Positions 38,937 to 48,939 of a stretch of 64,000 nucleotides of DNA are shown piece by piece (the stretch's first letter is position 1; each line of letters opens with the position of its first letter). Position numbers and translations under genes: made by a program. This DNA is from Bacteroidales bacterium UBA5219 (lineage in GTDB: Bacteria > Bacteroidota > Bacteroidia > Bacteroidales > ML635J-15): positions 9,245-73,244 of the forward strand of contig DHVB01000054.1 in assembly GCA_002412425.1 (NCBI GenBank), read 5' to 3'. The notes beneath the pieces are model-generated. The model worked only from the letters and a program-made list of their open reading frames with translations. It was not told the origin of the DNA and ran no database searches.

Positions 38937-41390
38937 TTGATGCAAAAACCTGTGTATGTAGAAGTCTTATTACCACTAGCTTTAGAAAATACTCTGACCT
39001 ATGTTGTACCAAAAGAAATAAATAATACTCCAAAAATAGGCTCAAGAGTAATTGTAGAACTAGGAAAAAGAAAAATTTACACGGGAATTATCACAAAAAT
39101 TCATTCAGAAAAACCAGATTATGAATGTAAAGAAATTCTTTCAGTAAAAGATGATTTTCCAATTTTAAGTGAAAAACAAACTGAATTATTAAACTGGATT
39201 TCTGATTATTATTGTTGCACTCAAGGCGAAACTTTAGCCGCTGCAATGCCGTCTAAATTATTGGCTTCAAGCGAAACTCAAGTTTGGTTTAATAAAAATT
39301 GCGAATCTGATTATTCTCCAACGCAAACTGAAATAAATATTTTAAATTATCTTGAAAATAGCCCGAAAGCAAGCGTTTCTGATATAGCAAAAGCTGTAAA
39401 TTTAAAAAACCCATTGAAACATATTGAAAATTTGGAAGAACAAGGTTTTTTAAATCTTTCTCAACAAATTGTAAATGCTTATAAACCTAAATATCAAAAT
39501 TTTTTAAGTTTTAATCTTGACTTAGCTCAGGAAAAACTTGATGAAATAGAAAAAATCTTAACAAAAAATAATAAGCAAAAAGAAGTACTTCAATTTTTTA
39601 ATGAAAAGTGCTTACAAGAAAATATTACAAGTTTAGAATATTCTGAAAAATTATTAATGCAAGAATTAAATGTTGCAAAATCAACTATTCAAACGCTTGT
39701 AAACAAAGGGCTAATTGAAATTGTGAAAAAAGAAGAAACTCGATTTGAAACTATAAATGTTGAAAGTGCAAAAAGTTTAAAACTTTCTGAGGCTCAAACC
39801 GAAGTTTATAATCAGATTAAAAATAATTTTGGAAACTCTAAACCTGTTTTGTTGCATGGTGTAACTTCATCTGGGAAAACTGAAATTTATATAAAATTAA
39901 TTAAGGAAGTTCTAAAAACAGGTAAACAAATTTTGTATTTATTGCCCGAAATTGCTTTAACTACTCAAATGATTAATCGTTTGCGTAATTATTTCGGCGA
40001 TAAAATAGGAGTTTTTCACAGTAAATATACAGTTGATGCACGTTCAGAAATTTATTTGAAATTATTGAAAAAAGAATTGCAAATCGTTTTGGGAGTTAGG
40101 TCGGCGGTTTTGCTTCCATTCTCAGATTTAGGTTTAATTATTGTTGACGAAGAACACGAAACAAGTTTTAAACAACAAGATCCCGACCCACGATATTCGG
40201 CAAGGGATACTGCTGTAGTTTTATCAAAACTTCATAAAGCTGAAATTGTTCTCGGTTCGGCAACTCCTTCGATAGAATCGTATAATAATGCAATTAATTC
40301 AAAATATTTGCTTACAACATTAAACCAAAGATATGGAAATGTTGAAATGCCTGAAATCGTTTTGGCAGATATGAGCGATGCTTATAAAAGAAAAATTAAT
40401 TCTGGACATTTTCATCCAATTTTAATTAATGAAATTAAAAAGGTTTTAGAAAAAAATCAGCAAGTAATTTTATTTCAGAATAGACGAGGTTATACTTCAA
40501 TTATAGAATGTAGAGATTGCGGTTGGGTGCCTCATTGCAAAAGTTGTAATGTGAGTTTAACTTATCATAAATTTAGAAATAAGTTAGTTTGTCATTACTG
40601 TGGCGAAATGTACGACATTGTAAATAATTGTGGGAATTGTAACAGCGAAAAGCTTAGTCATAAAGGTTTTGGAACAGAAAAACTTGAAGATGAGGTAAGT
40701 AAATTTTTTCCACATGCCAGAATTGCTCGTTTAGATTATGATACAGCAAGTACAAGAAATAAATTTTCTCGAATAATTGAAGGTTTTGAAAAACATGAAT
40801 TTGATATTTTAGTTGGTACACAAATGGTTACCAAAGGTTTAGATTTTCAAAAACTTGCTTTAGTTGGAGTTTTAAATGCCGACAATTTATTAAATTATCC
40901 AGAATTTAGAGCTTACGAAAGAGCTTTCCAATTATTAACACAAGTAAGTGGTAGAGCGGGTAGGAGAGATAAACGAGGCAAAGTCATTATCCAAACTTAT
41001 GATGTCCTAAATCCTATAATTCAATATGTGAAAAATGAAGATTATCTTTCAATGTTTAATTCTCAACTTGCTGAAAGACAATTGTTTAACTATCCGCCTT
41101 TTTCAAATTATATAATAATAAAATTAAAACATAAAGATAGAGCTAAAGTGCATAGAACTGCCCATGTCTTTGCTATGATGTTGAGAACAAAACTTGGAAA
41201 TAGAGTGAGAGGACCTGAAGAGCCTTTAATAAATAAAATTAGCAATTATTTTATTTTAAATGTTCATATTAGATTTGAAAAAACTATTTCTGGCACTCAG
41301 CTTAGAAAATTTATAAAAAATAGAATTGCAAAAATTAAAGAAGAAAGTGATTTTTCAAGCGTAAGGTTTGAAATAGACGTAGATCCATAA
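38937..41390 (+). CDS. priA: Primosomal protein N' (replication restart helicase)
   Basis: GVTSSGKTE, PEIALT, DEEHE, four CxxC Zn motifs, GTQM..KGLDF, QVSGRAGR, DVDP. Confidence 0.97.
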   Translation: MMQKPVYVEVLLPLALENTLTYVVPKEINNTPKIGSRVIVELGKRKIYTGIITKIHSEKPDYECKEILSVKDDFPILSEKQTELLNWISDYYCCTQGETLAAAMPSKLLASSETQVWFNKNCESDYSPTQTEINILNYLENSPKASVSDIAKAVNLKNPLKHIENLEEQGFLNLSQQIVNAYKPKYQNFLSFNLDLAQEKLDEIEKILTKNNKQKEVLQFFNEKCLQENITSLEYSEKLLMQELNVAKSTIQTLVNKGLIEIVKKEETRFETINVESAKSLKLSEAQTEVYNQIKNNFGNSKPVLLHGVTSSGKTEIYIKLIKEVLKTGKQILYLLPEIALTTQMINRLRNYFGDKIGVFHSKYTVDARSEIYLKLLKKELQIVLGVRSAVLLPFSDLGLIIVDEEHETSFKQQDPDPRYSARDTAVVLSKLHKAEIVLGSATPSIESYNNAINSKYLLTTLNQRYGNVEMPEIVLADMSDAYKRKINSGHFHPILINEIKKVLEKNQQVILFQNRRGYTSIIECRDCGWVPHCKSCNVSLTYHKFRNKLVCHYCGEMYDIVNNCGNCNSEKLSHKGFGTEKLEDEVSKFFPHARIARLDYDTASTRNKFSRIIEGFEKHEFDILVGTQMVTKGLDFQKLALVGVLNADNLLNYPEFRAYERAFQLLTQVSGRAGRRDKRGKVIIQTYDVLNPIIQYVKNEDYLSMFNSQLAERQLFNYPPFSNYIIIKLKHKDRAKVHRTAHVFAMMLRTKLGNRVRGPEEPLINKISNYFILNVHIRFEKTISGTQLRKFIKNRIAKIKEESDFSSVRFEIDVDP

Positions 41391-41490
41391 AATTTTTATA
41401 CATTATTTAAAAAAAAATCACTTTTTCAAATCCAAACCTATGTTTTATTACGTCTAATAGATAAACAAAATTTATTAACAAATTAAAAAA

Positions 41491-42090
41491 ATGAAAATGA
41501 AAAAAATTGGATTAATTATGATTGCACTTTTTCTAAGTTTAGCAATCAATCTATCAGCTCAAACAAAAGCAGTTTCTCATCTTCAAGATTCAACACTAAC
41601 TCAAACTTCTGATACTGTTTCAGAAGCAAAGGATATTGACGATCTTGTTGACGAGCTTGTAAATAAAACTGTAAGTGCTAAAATAAAAGATTTAGATAGC
41701 GATTCAACTGACGCTACAGGTTTTGTGGGAACAATTATGTTTATGGTAATTGCTATGCCTATTCTAATTACATTTGCAGCAGTGGTTCTTATTATATTTC
41801 TTGTGTTAAGGTATAGAAAAATTCGAGAAAAAGGACGCTATGATCTTTATGTTAAAGCACTTGAAGCTGGACAACCACTTCCAGATAAGTTTTTTGAAGA
41901 ACCAGCAAAAACATCTTCATCTAATCTTAGAAGAGGAGCTGTTTTGATAGCTGTTGGATTGGGTATGGCTGTTCTTGGTTTACTGGGAAAAAATGTTGTT
42001 ATGATTGGAATTGGTGCTATTCCAGGATTTATAGGTATTGCTTTTATGCTGATTTATAATATTGAAAGAAAACACAAAAAGGAAGAATAA
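41491..42090 (+). CDS. Membrane protein with signal peptide (DUF6249-like)
   Basis: Signal SA|Q, acidic linker, TM, KALEAGQPLP, two C-terminal TMs; first gene of an ECF module. Confidence 0.7.
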   Translation: MKMKKIGLIMIALFLSLAINLSAQTKAVSHLQDSTLTQTSDTVSEAKDIDDLVDELVNKTVSAKIKDLDSDSTDATGFVGTIMFMVIAMPILITFAAVVLIIFLVLRYRKIREKGRYDLYVKALEAGQPLPDKFFEEPAKTSSSNLRRGAVLIAVGLGMAVLGLLGKNVVMIGIGAIPGFIGIAFMLIYNIERKHKKEE

Positions 42091-42097
42091 ACAGTAA

Positions 42098-42640
42098 ATG
42101 AGTAAAGCAGAAGATATGCTTTTGATTTCGCAGGTGGTTATCAGTGATGACCGCCTTGCGTTTGATAAACTTGTGCGTAAATATCAATCGCCTGTGCGTA
42201 GATTTTTACTAAATCTTACTTTGGGCGATTCTATGCTTGCAGATGATTTAGCACAAGAAACTTTTATCAAAGCATATCTGAATATCCGTTCTTTTAAAGG
42301 AATTTCAGCGTTTTCGACTTGGCTTTTCCGCATAGCATACAATACTTTTTATGATTCTATGCGAGCAAAAAAACATTTTGAAGACTTAAATACAAGTGAA
42401 ATTGATAAAAAAAACAGCTCAGAAATTGAATATTCAGAAGAAAAGAACGATATTTACACCGCGTTAAAATTGCTCAGCGAAGAAGAAAAAGCAGTAATTC
42501 TGCTATGTTATATGGAAGAAATGACACATAAAGAAGCTGCAAAAATACTAAAAATGCCACTCGGAACTGTAAAAACACATGTTTTGAAAAGCAAAAAGAA
42601 AATGGGTGAATTTTTAATAAAACAAGGTTATGGAAACTAA
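42098..42640 (+). CDS. ECF RNA polymerase sigma-70 factor
   Basis: ADDLAQETFIKAY, FSTWLFRIAYN, MPLGTVKTH. Confidence 0.93.
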   Translation: MSKAEDMLLISQVVISDDRLAFDKLVRKYQSPVRRFLLNLTLGDSMLADDLAQETFIKAYLNIRSFKGISAFSTWLFRIAYNTFYDSMRAKKHFEDLNTSEIDKKNSSEIEYSEEKNDIYTALKLLSEEEKAVILLCYMEEMTHKEAAKILKMPLGTVKTHVLKSKKKMGEFLIKQGYGN

Positions 42641-42950
42641 AAATGATGAAATATTAAAAGATTTTTTCGCTAACAACAAATCCGAAATTCAAGATAACGG
42701 ATTCACTGAAAGTGTGTTAAATCAACTTCCACGAAAGAAAGTAAAACAGGCAAAATGGCTTGTTCCTGTTTTTACCTTGCTTGGAATATTTGTTTCTACA
42801 TTGTTTATTGATTTTAATAAACTTATTTCTGAAATTTACTTTTCTTTTTTACAACTTCCTCTGTTTTATTATGTTTGTTTAGTGCTAACAATTCCAGTTG
42901 TGGTTCTTTTACTTTTCTTTTTCGCTGAAAGACAAAATAAATTGCAATAA
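42630..42950 (+). CDS. Putative membrane anti-sigma factor (DUF5056-like)
   Basis: Overlaps the sigma stop; EIQDNGFTESVL..LP then two TM helices. Confidence 0.7.
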   Translation: METKNDEILKDFFANNKSEIQDNGFTESVLNQLPRKKVKQAKWLVPVFTLLGIFVSTLFIDFNKLISEIYFSFLQLPLFYYVCLVLTIPVVVLLLFFFAERQNKLQ

Positions 42951-42967
42951 AATTGTAATTACAGTTT

Positions 42968-44057
42968 TTATTTCCCACCAAACTCCATTAAATACGCCTT
43001 AATGAAATCCCATATTTTACCGTCGAGTACAGCTTGAGTATTTCCTGTTTCGTAATCTGTACGAAGGTCTTTTACAAGTTTGTAAGGGTGAAGAACATAA
43101 TTTCGAATTTGCGAACCCCATTCTATTTTTTGTTTTTGTCCTTCAAGTTTTTCTCTTTCTTCTTGTTGTTTGCGAAGTTCTAATTCGTATAATTGAGATT
43201 TTAATAACCTCATGGCATTTTCGCGATTTTTTAATTGAGAACGTGTTTCGCTATTTTCGATAACAATTCCTGTTGGTAAGTGCTTTAGTCGTACAGCGGT
43301 TTCAACTTTATTTACATTTTGTCCGCCAGCACCGCTACTTCTATAGGTGTCCCATTCAATTTCCGAAGGATTTATTTCAATATTAATTGTGTCGTCAACT
43401 AAAGGATAAACAAAAACCGAAGCAAATGAAGTATGTCTTTTGTGCTGTGAATCAAAAGGCGATAGCCTTACAAGTCGGTGAACTCCATTTTCGCTTTTTA
43501 AATATCCATAAGCAAAATCGCCACTTATGCTCATAGTAACAGATTTAATTCCAGCGGTGTCGCCGTCTAATCTGTCAATTATGCTAACTTTATAGTTGTT
43601 GTCTTCAGCCCAACGTAAATACATTCTTTCTAAAATCGAAGCCCAGTCGTTGCTTTCAGTGCCTCCAGCCCCAGAATTAATTGTAAGTATTGCATCAAAA
43701 GAGTCTTCTTCGTTGCGAAGCATGTTTTTGAGTTCTAAATCTTCAATTAAATTTACGAATTTTTCAAACTCTTTATCTGCTTCTTCTTCAGTAATTTCGT
43801 CTGATTTAAAAAACTCATAAACTAACTCAATTTCTTCGTATTTGGATAGCAATTTATCAAATTCAACTATCCATTTTTTTTCGGCTGTGATGTTTTTTAA
43901 AATTTTTTCTGCTTTTTCTGGGTCGTTCCAAAAATCTGGTTCTTGAGTTTTTAAACTTTCTGAAGCAACAAATTCGCGTTTTTGCTCAATCTCAAAGATA
44001 CCTCCTCAAAGCTTCTATTCGAGCTTTTGTTTCTTTTATTTTCTCAGTAGTAATCAT
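42968..44057 (-). CDS. prfB: Peptide chain release factor 2 with programmed +1 frameshift
   Basis: ORF0 44057-43995 [21 protein letters not shown] then AGGAGG-TAT-CTT-TGA; +1 frame continues EIEQK...DFWND... into the ORF with SPF and GGQ motifs; about 362 aa joined. Confidence 0.96.
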
Positions 44058-44087
44058 TACAAAATTTAATTTTACAAAAATAGGAAT

Positions 44088-44555
44088 TTAAATCCCTAAT
44101 ATATCAAAAATTTTATAAATATTTTCAATTTCAAAGCCTCTACTTGATGCAAATCTTAATAATTTTTCTTTTAAAATAGATTTATCATCAGTTTTTATGT
44201 TTTTTATTTTTGCTTTTAAGATTTTGTGCAATTGGTCTTCATATTCTTGTTGGTCAATTAAATTTAAACTTGAATTAATTATTGAGCTTGGTATTTGTTT
44301 TTGTCCGAGCATATATGCAATTTTAATTTTTCCCCAGCCCGAAAATTGAAATTTATCATTAACAAATGCTGCCGAATATCTACTTTCGTTTATATAATTT
44401 TCGGAATTTAATTTTTCAACAACTGCTTCAATAATTTCTTGGTCATAATCTTGTTTTTTTAAATATTGAAAAATATCAAAATTGCACTTTTCGGATTTGC
44501 TACAATAATTTGCAGCTTTAGAAAAAATCTCGTTAAAAAGTTTTTGATTAGTCAT
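44088..44555 (-). CDS. recX: Regulatory protein RecX
   Basis: AANYCSKSEKC, YINESRY, WGKIKI, LRFASSRGF; ATG at 44555 preferred to TTG at 44564. Confidence 0.9.
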   Translation of the reverse strand: MTNQKLFNEIFSKAANYCSKSEKCNFDIFQYLKKQDYDQEIIEAVVEKLNSENYINESRYSAAFVNDKFQFSGWGKIKIAYMLGQKQIPSSIINSSLNLIDQQEYEDQLHKILKAKIKNIKTDDKSILKEKLLRFASSRGFEIENIYKIFDILGI

Positions 44556-45351
44556 AAACTTCAATATTTACAAAATAACCATTGTGTTTTCTAATGTTTA
44601 AAACATTTGCATTTTCAAAAATTAAATATTGCCCTTTTATTCCAATTAATTTTGATTCAATTTGAGGATTTGTGTCAAAATTTATGGTTGTAAATTTATC
44701 AATGCCTTGTGGTGCAAATGGATATTCTATTTTTGTAATGCTATTATCGAGAGTGATATATTTTTTAAACTCATCTGGAACAAGAGTCATAATTTCTTTT
44801 TTTGATTGAATTAAATCTATGTCGTGTTTAGTAGCCAAAAGCATTTTCGACCAGTTTGTTTTGTCAGAAATATGTTGTTTTAGAGCAACTTCTATTTGTC
44901 CAGCTAAGTTCCTATGTGGAGTTTTTGCAAGTTTTATTGCTTCTATAGCTCCTTGGTCAATCCAGCGAGTTGGAATTTGAGTATGACGAGTTACACCAAC
45001 TTTTAAATTTCCTGTTAATGCCAAATAAACATAATGATCAATTAACGAGTTTTGCTTTGACCATTCCATATCTCTACTAATTCCAAGATGGGACATGTCT
45101 TTTTCGGGATTTAAAACGCCTTCATCACATTGAGGAAGACTTGTAAAGCAAGAATAGCAATAACCTTGGCAAAAACTTGTTTTTGTTAAAGCACCACAAC
45201 TAATGCAATTTATTCGGTTTTGATATTCAATTTTAATTTTTTTACCTATAAGATTGTTTAGCTCAATTTCTGAATCGCCACATTGTAAAAAATATTTTAC
45301 GGGGTTTTCAAAAATAGACCTCATTTTTTGAATATTTCCTGAATAAATCAT
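44548..45351 (-). CDS. DUF2797 family protein (Cys-rich)
   Basis: CISCG...CYSCF..C, HYVYLA, KVGVTR, RWIDQGA, GIKGQYL. Confidence 0.85.
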   Translation of the reverse strand: MIYSGNIQKMRSIFENPVKYFLQCGDSEIELNNLIGKKIKIEYQNRINCISCGALTKTSFCQGYCYSCFTSLPQCDEGVLNPEKDMSHLGISRDMEWSKQNSLIDHYVYLALTGNLKVGVTRHTQIPTRWIDQGAIEAIKLAKTPHRNLAGQIEVALKQHISDKTNWSKMLLATKHDIDLIQSKKEIMTLVPDEFKKYITLDNSITKIEYPFAPQGIDKFTTINFDTNPQIESKLIGIKGQYLIFENANVLNIRKHNGYFVNIEVYD

Positions 45352-45363
45352 AGTTGTTGTGTT

Positions 45364-45915
45364 TTATTTGTTTGTTGTGTGTGGTTTTCTGTCAAAATAA
45401 ATGTTCTTAGCACTTGCACTTAGAGTGATTGCAAAAATTACTTTATATTTTTCATCAAACATTCCCATTTCTTTAACAGCAGTTCCGGCAGAAAACAGTA
45501 CTCTATTGTCAATTCTATAATCAGCGGCTCTGCTAACTGCTGAACCAATTGCAATTCCTAAGTCAACAGTATTTATAGCACAAGGAACTTCGGGGAAATT
45601 ATTTTTGTTTTCACAATTTTCTTTTCCACAAAAACCGCAGTTTCTTAATCCTAAACTTTCTATATATGTAGCTACAAGAATTATAACGTCAGATTCTCTC
45701 ACATTGTTTGCATCTCGTAAAAAGAATTTTTGTCCGCTTTTTTCTGAAATTTCTTCCATTTTCAAAGCAATTTCTTCCATTTTTTCTTTATTGCTAACAA
45801 TTCTAAAATCGAGAGTGTCGCGTCCTTTGCCTTTCGGTGCTGTTTGAATTGCAATACCAATATTTTTTGCCGCTTCCATTACGGCAGACGAAAGAGAGTT
45901 TTTGTCAAGTATCAT
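45364..45915 (-). CDS. DUF2148 ferredoxin-domain protein (nitroreductase-like)
   Basis: TAPKGKG, RDA.NV, NCGFCG..NC, DLGIAIGSA, DNRV, KNIYFDR. Confidence 0.8.
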   Translation of the reverse strand: MILDKNSLSSAVMEAAKNIGIAIQTAPKGKGRDTLDFRIVSNKEKMEEIALKMEEISEKSGQKFFLRDANNVRESDVIILVATYIESLGLRNCGFCGKENCENKNNFPEVPCAINTVDLGIAIGSAVSRAADYRIDNRVLFSAGTAVKEMGMFDEKYKVIFAITLSASAKNIYFDRKPHTTNK

Positions 45916-46856
45916 ATTTTTAAATTTATAATTTTATCAACTAATATTTCGGCTAATTTTGTTTTCGATTCATAAGTCCAACCAGCAATATGAGGTGTTA
46001 GAATTACATTTTCACTTTTTGCAAGATGTTGAAAATCAGGATTGTCCTTTAAGTCTATTGTTGTTTCAAAAGAAGCATCTTCGTATTCTAAAACATCTAA
46101 GCCAGCTGCCAATATTTTTTCTGATTTTAGAGCATCAACTAAATCCGAAGTTTTTACCACCTGACCACGAGCAGTATTTATTAAAATTATTGGCTTTTTA
46201 AATTTAGCTATAAATTCTGAATTTACCAAAAATTTGGTTTCTGCTGTCAATGGAACATGCAAACTTAAAATATCAGCTTTTTCAAAAATTTCTTTATAAT
46301 CAGTCTCTTTTACAAATTGGTTGGAATAATTTTTTTTGTACTTATCGTAAGCAATAACTTTGCAACCAAAGCCAGAAAGTTTTTTTGCAAAACTACTTCC
46401 CATATTTCCGTACCCAATAATTGCTACAACTTTGCTACCTAACTCAGAACCACGATTTTCTTCCCGATTGCGAATGCCTAATTTCATTTCTTTGTTGGCT
46501 TTGGGAAGATTGTTTAATAAACTCAGCAACATAGCTACAGCATGTTCGCCAACGGCATCGCGATTTCCTTCTGGTGAGTTTAAGCAAACAATTCCTTTTT
46601 TGTTGCAATAGTCTGTGTCAATACTTTCCATTCCTGCACCAACACGAGCAATAAATTTTAGATTTTTTGCACAATCAATAAATTCTTTATCAATATTAAA
46701 TCTGCTACGAATAACAATTCCACAATATTCCGAAATAAATTTTTGAATTTCAATTTTACTTTCTTTATATGCTTCTGCAACAGTAAAACCAGATTTTTTC
46801 AATTTTTCTGGAATAATCTCATGAACAGTATCTATCAATAAAACTTTGTTATTCAT
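45912..46856 (-). CDS. D-isomer-specific 2-hydroxyacid dehydrogenase (SerA-like, no ACT domain)
   Basis: GYGNMG Rossmann motif, SLHVPL, INTARG, LDVLE.E, TPHIAG. Confidence 0.9.
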   Translation of the reverse strand: MNNKVLLIDTVHEIIPEKLKKSGFTVAEAYKESKIEIQKFISEYCGIVIRSRFNIDKEFIDCAKNLKFIARVGAGMESIDTDYCNKKGIVCLNSPEGNRDAVGEHAVAMLLSLLNNLPKANKEMKLGIRNREENRGSELGSKVVAIIGYGNMGSSFAKKLSGFGCKVIAYDKYKKNYSNQFVKETDYKEIFEKADILSLHVPLTAETKFLVNSEFIAKFKKPIILINTARGQVVKTSDLVDALKSEKILAAGLDVLEYEDASFETTIDLKDNPDFQHLAKSENVILTPHIAGWTYESKTKLAEILVDKIINLKI

Positions 46857-46888
46857 AATTTAATTTTATTAAGCTACAAATATAAAAC

Positions 46889-46919
46889 AAAAAAAAAGAC
46901 CGAGAAAATTCGGTCTTTC
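46889..46919 (-). terminator. Intrinsic terminator after pruA
   Basis: AAAGACCGA-N6-TCGGTCTTT with a T-tract on the minus strand. Confidence 0.85.
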
Positions 46920-46938
46920 TTTTATAGAATTTTATATC

Positions 46939-48564
46939 TTATTTCATATATCCATATCTGTGGTCAGTTGGGCTTACGAAAGTTTCTTTAATAGCTCTTG
47001 CATTTACCCATCTAATTAAGTTTAGCGAACCTCCAGCTTTATCGTTAGTTCCAGACGCTCTTGCACCACCAAATGGTTGTAAACCTACCATTGCACCTGT
47101 TGGTTTGTCATTAATGTAGAAGTTACCAGCAGCGTATCTTAAAGCATCAACAGCAATTTGAGTAGCGTAAATATCACGGCTAAAGATAGAACCTGTTAAT
47201 CCATAAGGTGAAGTTGTGTTACAAATTTCAAGTGTTTCTTCATATTTGTCATCTTCGTAAACATAAATTGTAACTACTGGACCAAAGATTTCTTCTTCCA
47301 TAGTTGTAAATCTTGGATTTGTTGTAACGATTACAGTAGGTTCAACAAAATATCCTACAGATTTGTCGCCTTTACCACCAGCAATAATTTCACATTCTTT
47401 AGAATCTTTTGCTAATTGAATATATCTCATAATATTGTCGAATGAAGCTTCGTCAATAACTGCATTTATGAAATTATCAGGATCGTTTACATCGCCCATT
47501 TTGAGTGTGGAAAGCGTTTTTGTTAATATTTCTTTTGTTTTGCTCCATAATGATTTTGGCATATAAACGCGAGAAGCTGCCGAACATTTTTGACCTTGAT
47601 ATTCAAAAGAACCACAAACTATAGCATTAGCAACTTCGTCAGCTTGTGCAGATTTGTGAACAAAGATAAAGTCTTTACCTCCAGTTTCACCTACAATTCT
47701 TGGATAAGAAACATACTTGTCAACATTGTTTGCAGCACCTTTCCACAATGTGTTAAAAGTTGCTGTAGAGCCAGTAAAGTGTAAGCCAGCAAAATGTTTA
47801 CTTGCTAAAATAACCTTACCCATCATACTACCTTTACCAGGAACAAAGTTTACAACTCCGTCAGGTAAACCAGCTTCTTTGTAAATTTTCATTAGGTGAT
47901 AATTTGAATAAACTGCTGTAGTTGAAGGTTTCCAAACAGTAACATTACCCATTAAAGCTGGCGACATATTTAGGTTTGAAGCAATAGCTGTGAAATTAAA
48001 AGGTGTTAAAGCAAATACAAAACCTTCTAAAGCACGGTATTCCATTCTGTTTAGTTGATTTTTTATTTCACCAGGTTGGTTTGCATAAATTTGAGATGCA
48101 TAGTGAGCATTAAATCTTAAAAAATCAGCAGCTTCGCAAACAGCGTCAATTTCGGATTGGTAAATATTTTTACCTTGTCCCAACATTGTAGCAGCGCTAA
48201 TAGTAGGACGATACTTTGTTGAGATAAGTTCAGCAATTTTTAAAGTAATGCTTGCTCTTTCTGTCCATGGTAAATTTTCCCATTGTTTTTTTGCAGCCAT
48301 TGCTGCTTCTATAGCCATTTCGACTTCTTTTTCACCAGCCATATGGCAAACAGCTATAACTTTTTTATTGTTATGAGGCATAACAACATCAACAGTATTT
48401 CCTGTTCTAACTTCTTTTCCACCTATAATTAATGGAATTTCAATTTTTTCAGAACTCATTCTTTTAAGCTCTGCCATTAAAAGTTCACGTTCTTTACTTC
48501 CTTTTAAATACTGAAAAATAGGTTCGTTTGCCGGTCTTGGAAAACTAAATAATGCATTGTTCAT
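46939..48564 (-). CDS. pruA: L-glutamate gamma-semialdehyde (P5C) dehydrogenase
   Basis: PFNFTAI, FTGST, ETGGKDF, YQGQKCSA, EEIFGP, QPFGGARASGTNDK. Confidence 0.95.
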   Translation of the reverse strand: MNNALFSFPRPANEPIFQYLKGSKERELLMAELKRMSSEKIEIPLIIGGKEVRTGNTVDVVMPHNNKKVIAVCHMAGEKEVEMAIEAAMAAKKQWENLPWTERASITLKIAELISTKYRPTISAATMLGQGKNIYQSEIDAVCEAADFLRFNAHYASQIYANQPGEIKNQLNRMEYRALEGFVFALTPFNFTAIASNLNMSPALMGNVTVWKPSTTAVYSNYHLMKIYKEAGLPDGVVNFVPGKGSMMGKVILASKHFAGLHFTGSTATFNTLWKGAANNVDKYVSYPRIVGETGGKDFIFVHKSAQADEVANAIVCGSFEYQGQKCSAASRVYMPKSLWSKTKEILTKTLSTLKMGDVNDPDNFINAVIDEASFDNIMRYIQLAKDSKECEIIAGGKGDKSVGYFVEPTVIVTTNPRFTTMEEEIFGPVVTIYVYEDDKYEETLEICNTTSPYGLTGSIFSRDIYATQIAVDALRYAAGNFYINDKPTGAMVGLQPFGGARASGTNDKAGGSLNLIRWVNARAIKETFVSPTDHRYGYMK

Positions 48565-48709
48565 AATAAAATATTTTAAACTTTAAATTTTGTTAAGATT
48601 ACAAAAATAATAAAATTATTTTATTTTCTAAGAAGAATTACCATGATAAAAAACATCAATTGTTGAAAAAAGTATAAAAATATTGGAAAATCTTGGGCTT
48701 ATTAAAAAC

Positions 48710-48744
48710 AAAAAAGATTGCACTTAAAAATGCAATCTTTTTTT
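48710..48744 (-). terminator. Intrinsic terminator after tRNA-Gln
   Basis: AAAAAAGATTGCA-N8-TGCAATCTTTTTTT. Confidence 0.85.
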
Positions 48745-48755
48745 AATTCTTTTTG

Positions 48756-48826
48756 TTGTCCGACAAGGATTCGAACCTTGACAGGCAGAACCAAAATCTG
48801 CAGTGCTACCGTTACACCATCGGACA
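48756..48826 (-). tRNA. tRNA-Gln(TTG); CCA not encoded
   Basis: Acceptor TGTCCGA/TCGGACA, anticodon arm GCAGA-TTTTGGT-TCTGC, GGTTCGAATCC. Confidence 0.97.
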
Positions 48827-48939
48827 AAAGAACTTTGTGAGTGCAAAAGTAATCCTTTTTAATTAAATACCAAAAAAATTGTGTAAAAAAAACTTGCACA
48901 AGCAGATTCCGTGCTTATCGTTCATTATCAGCAGTTTAG

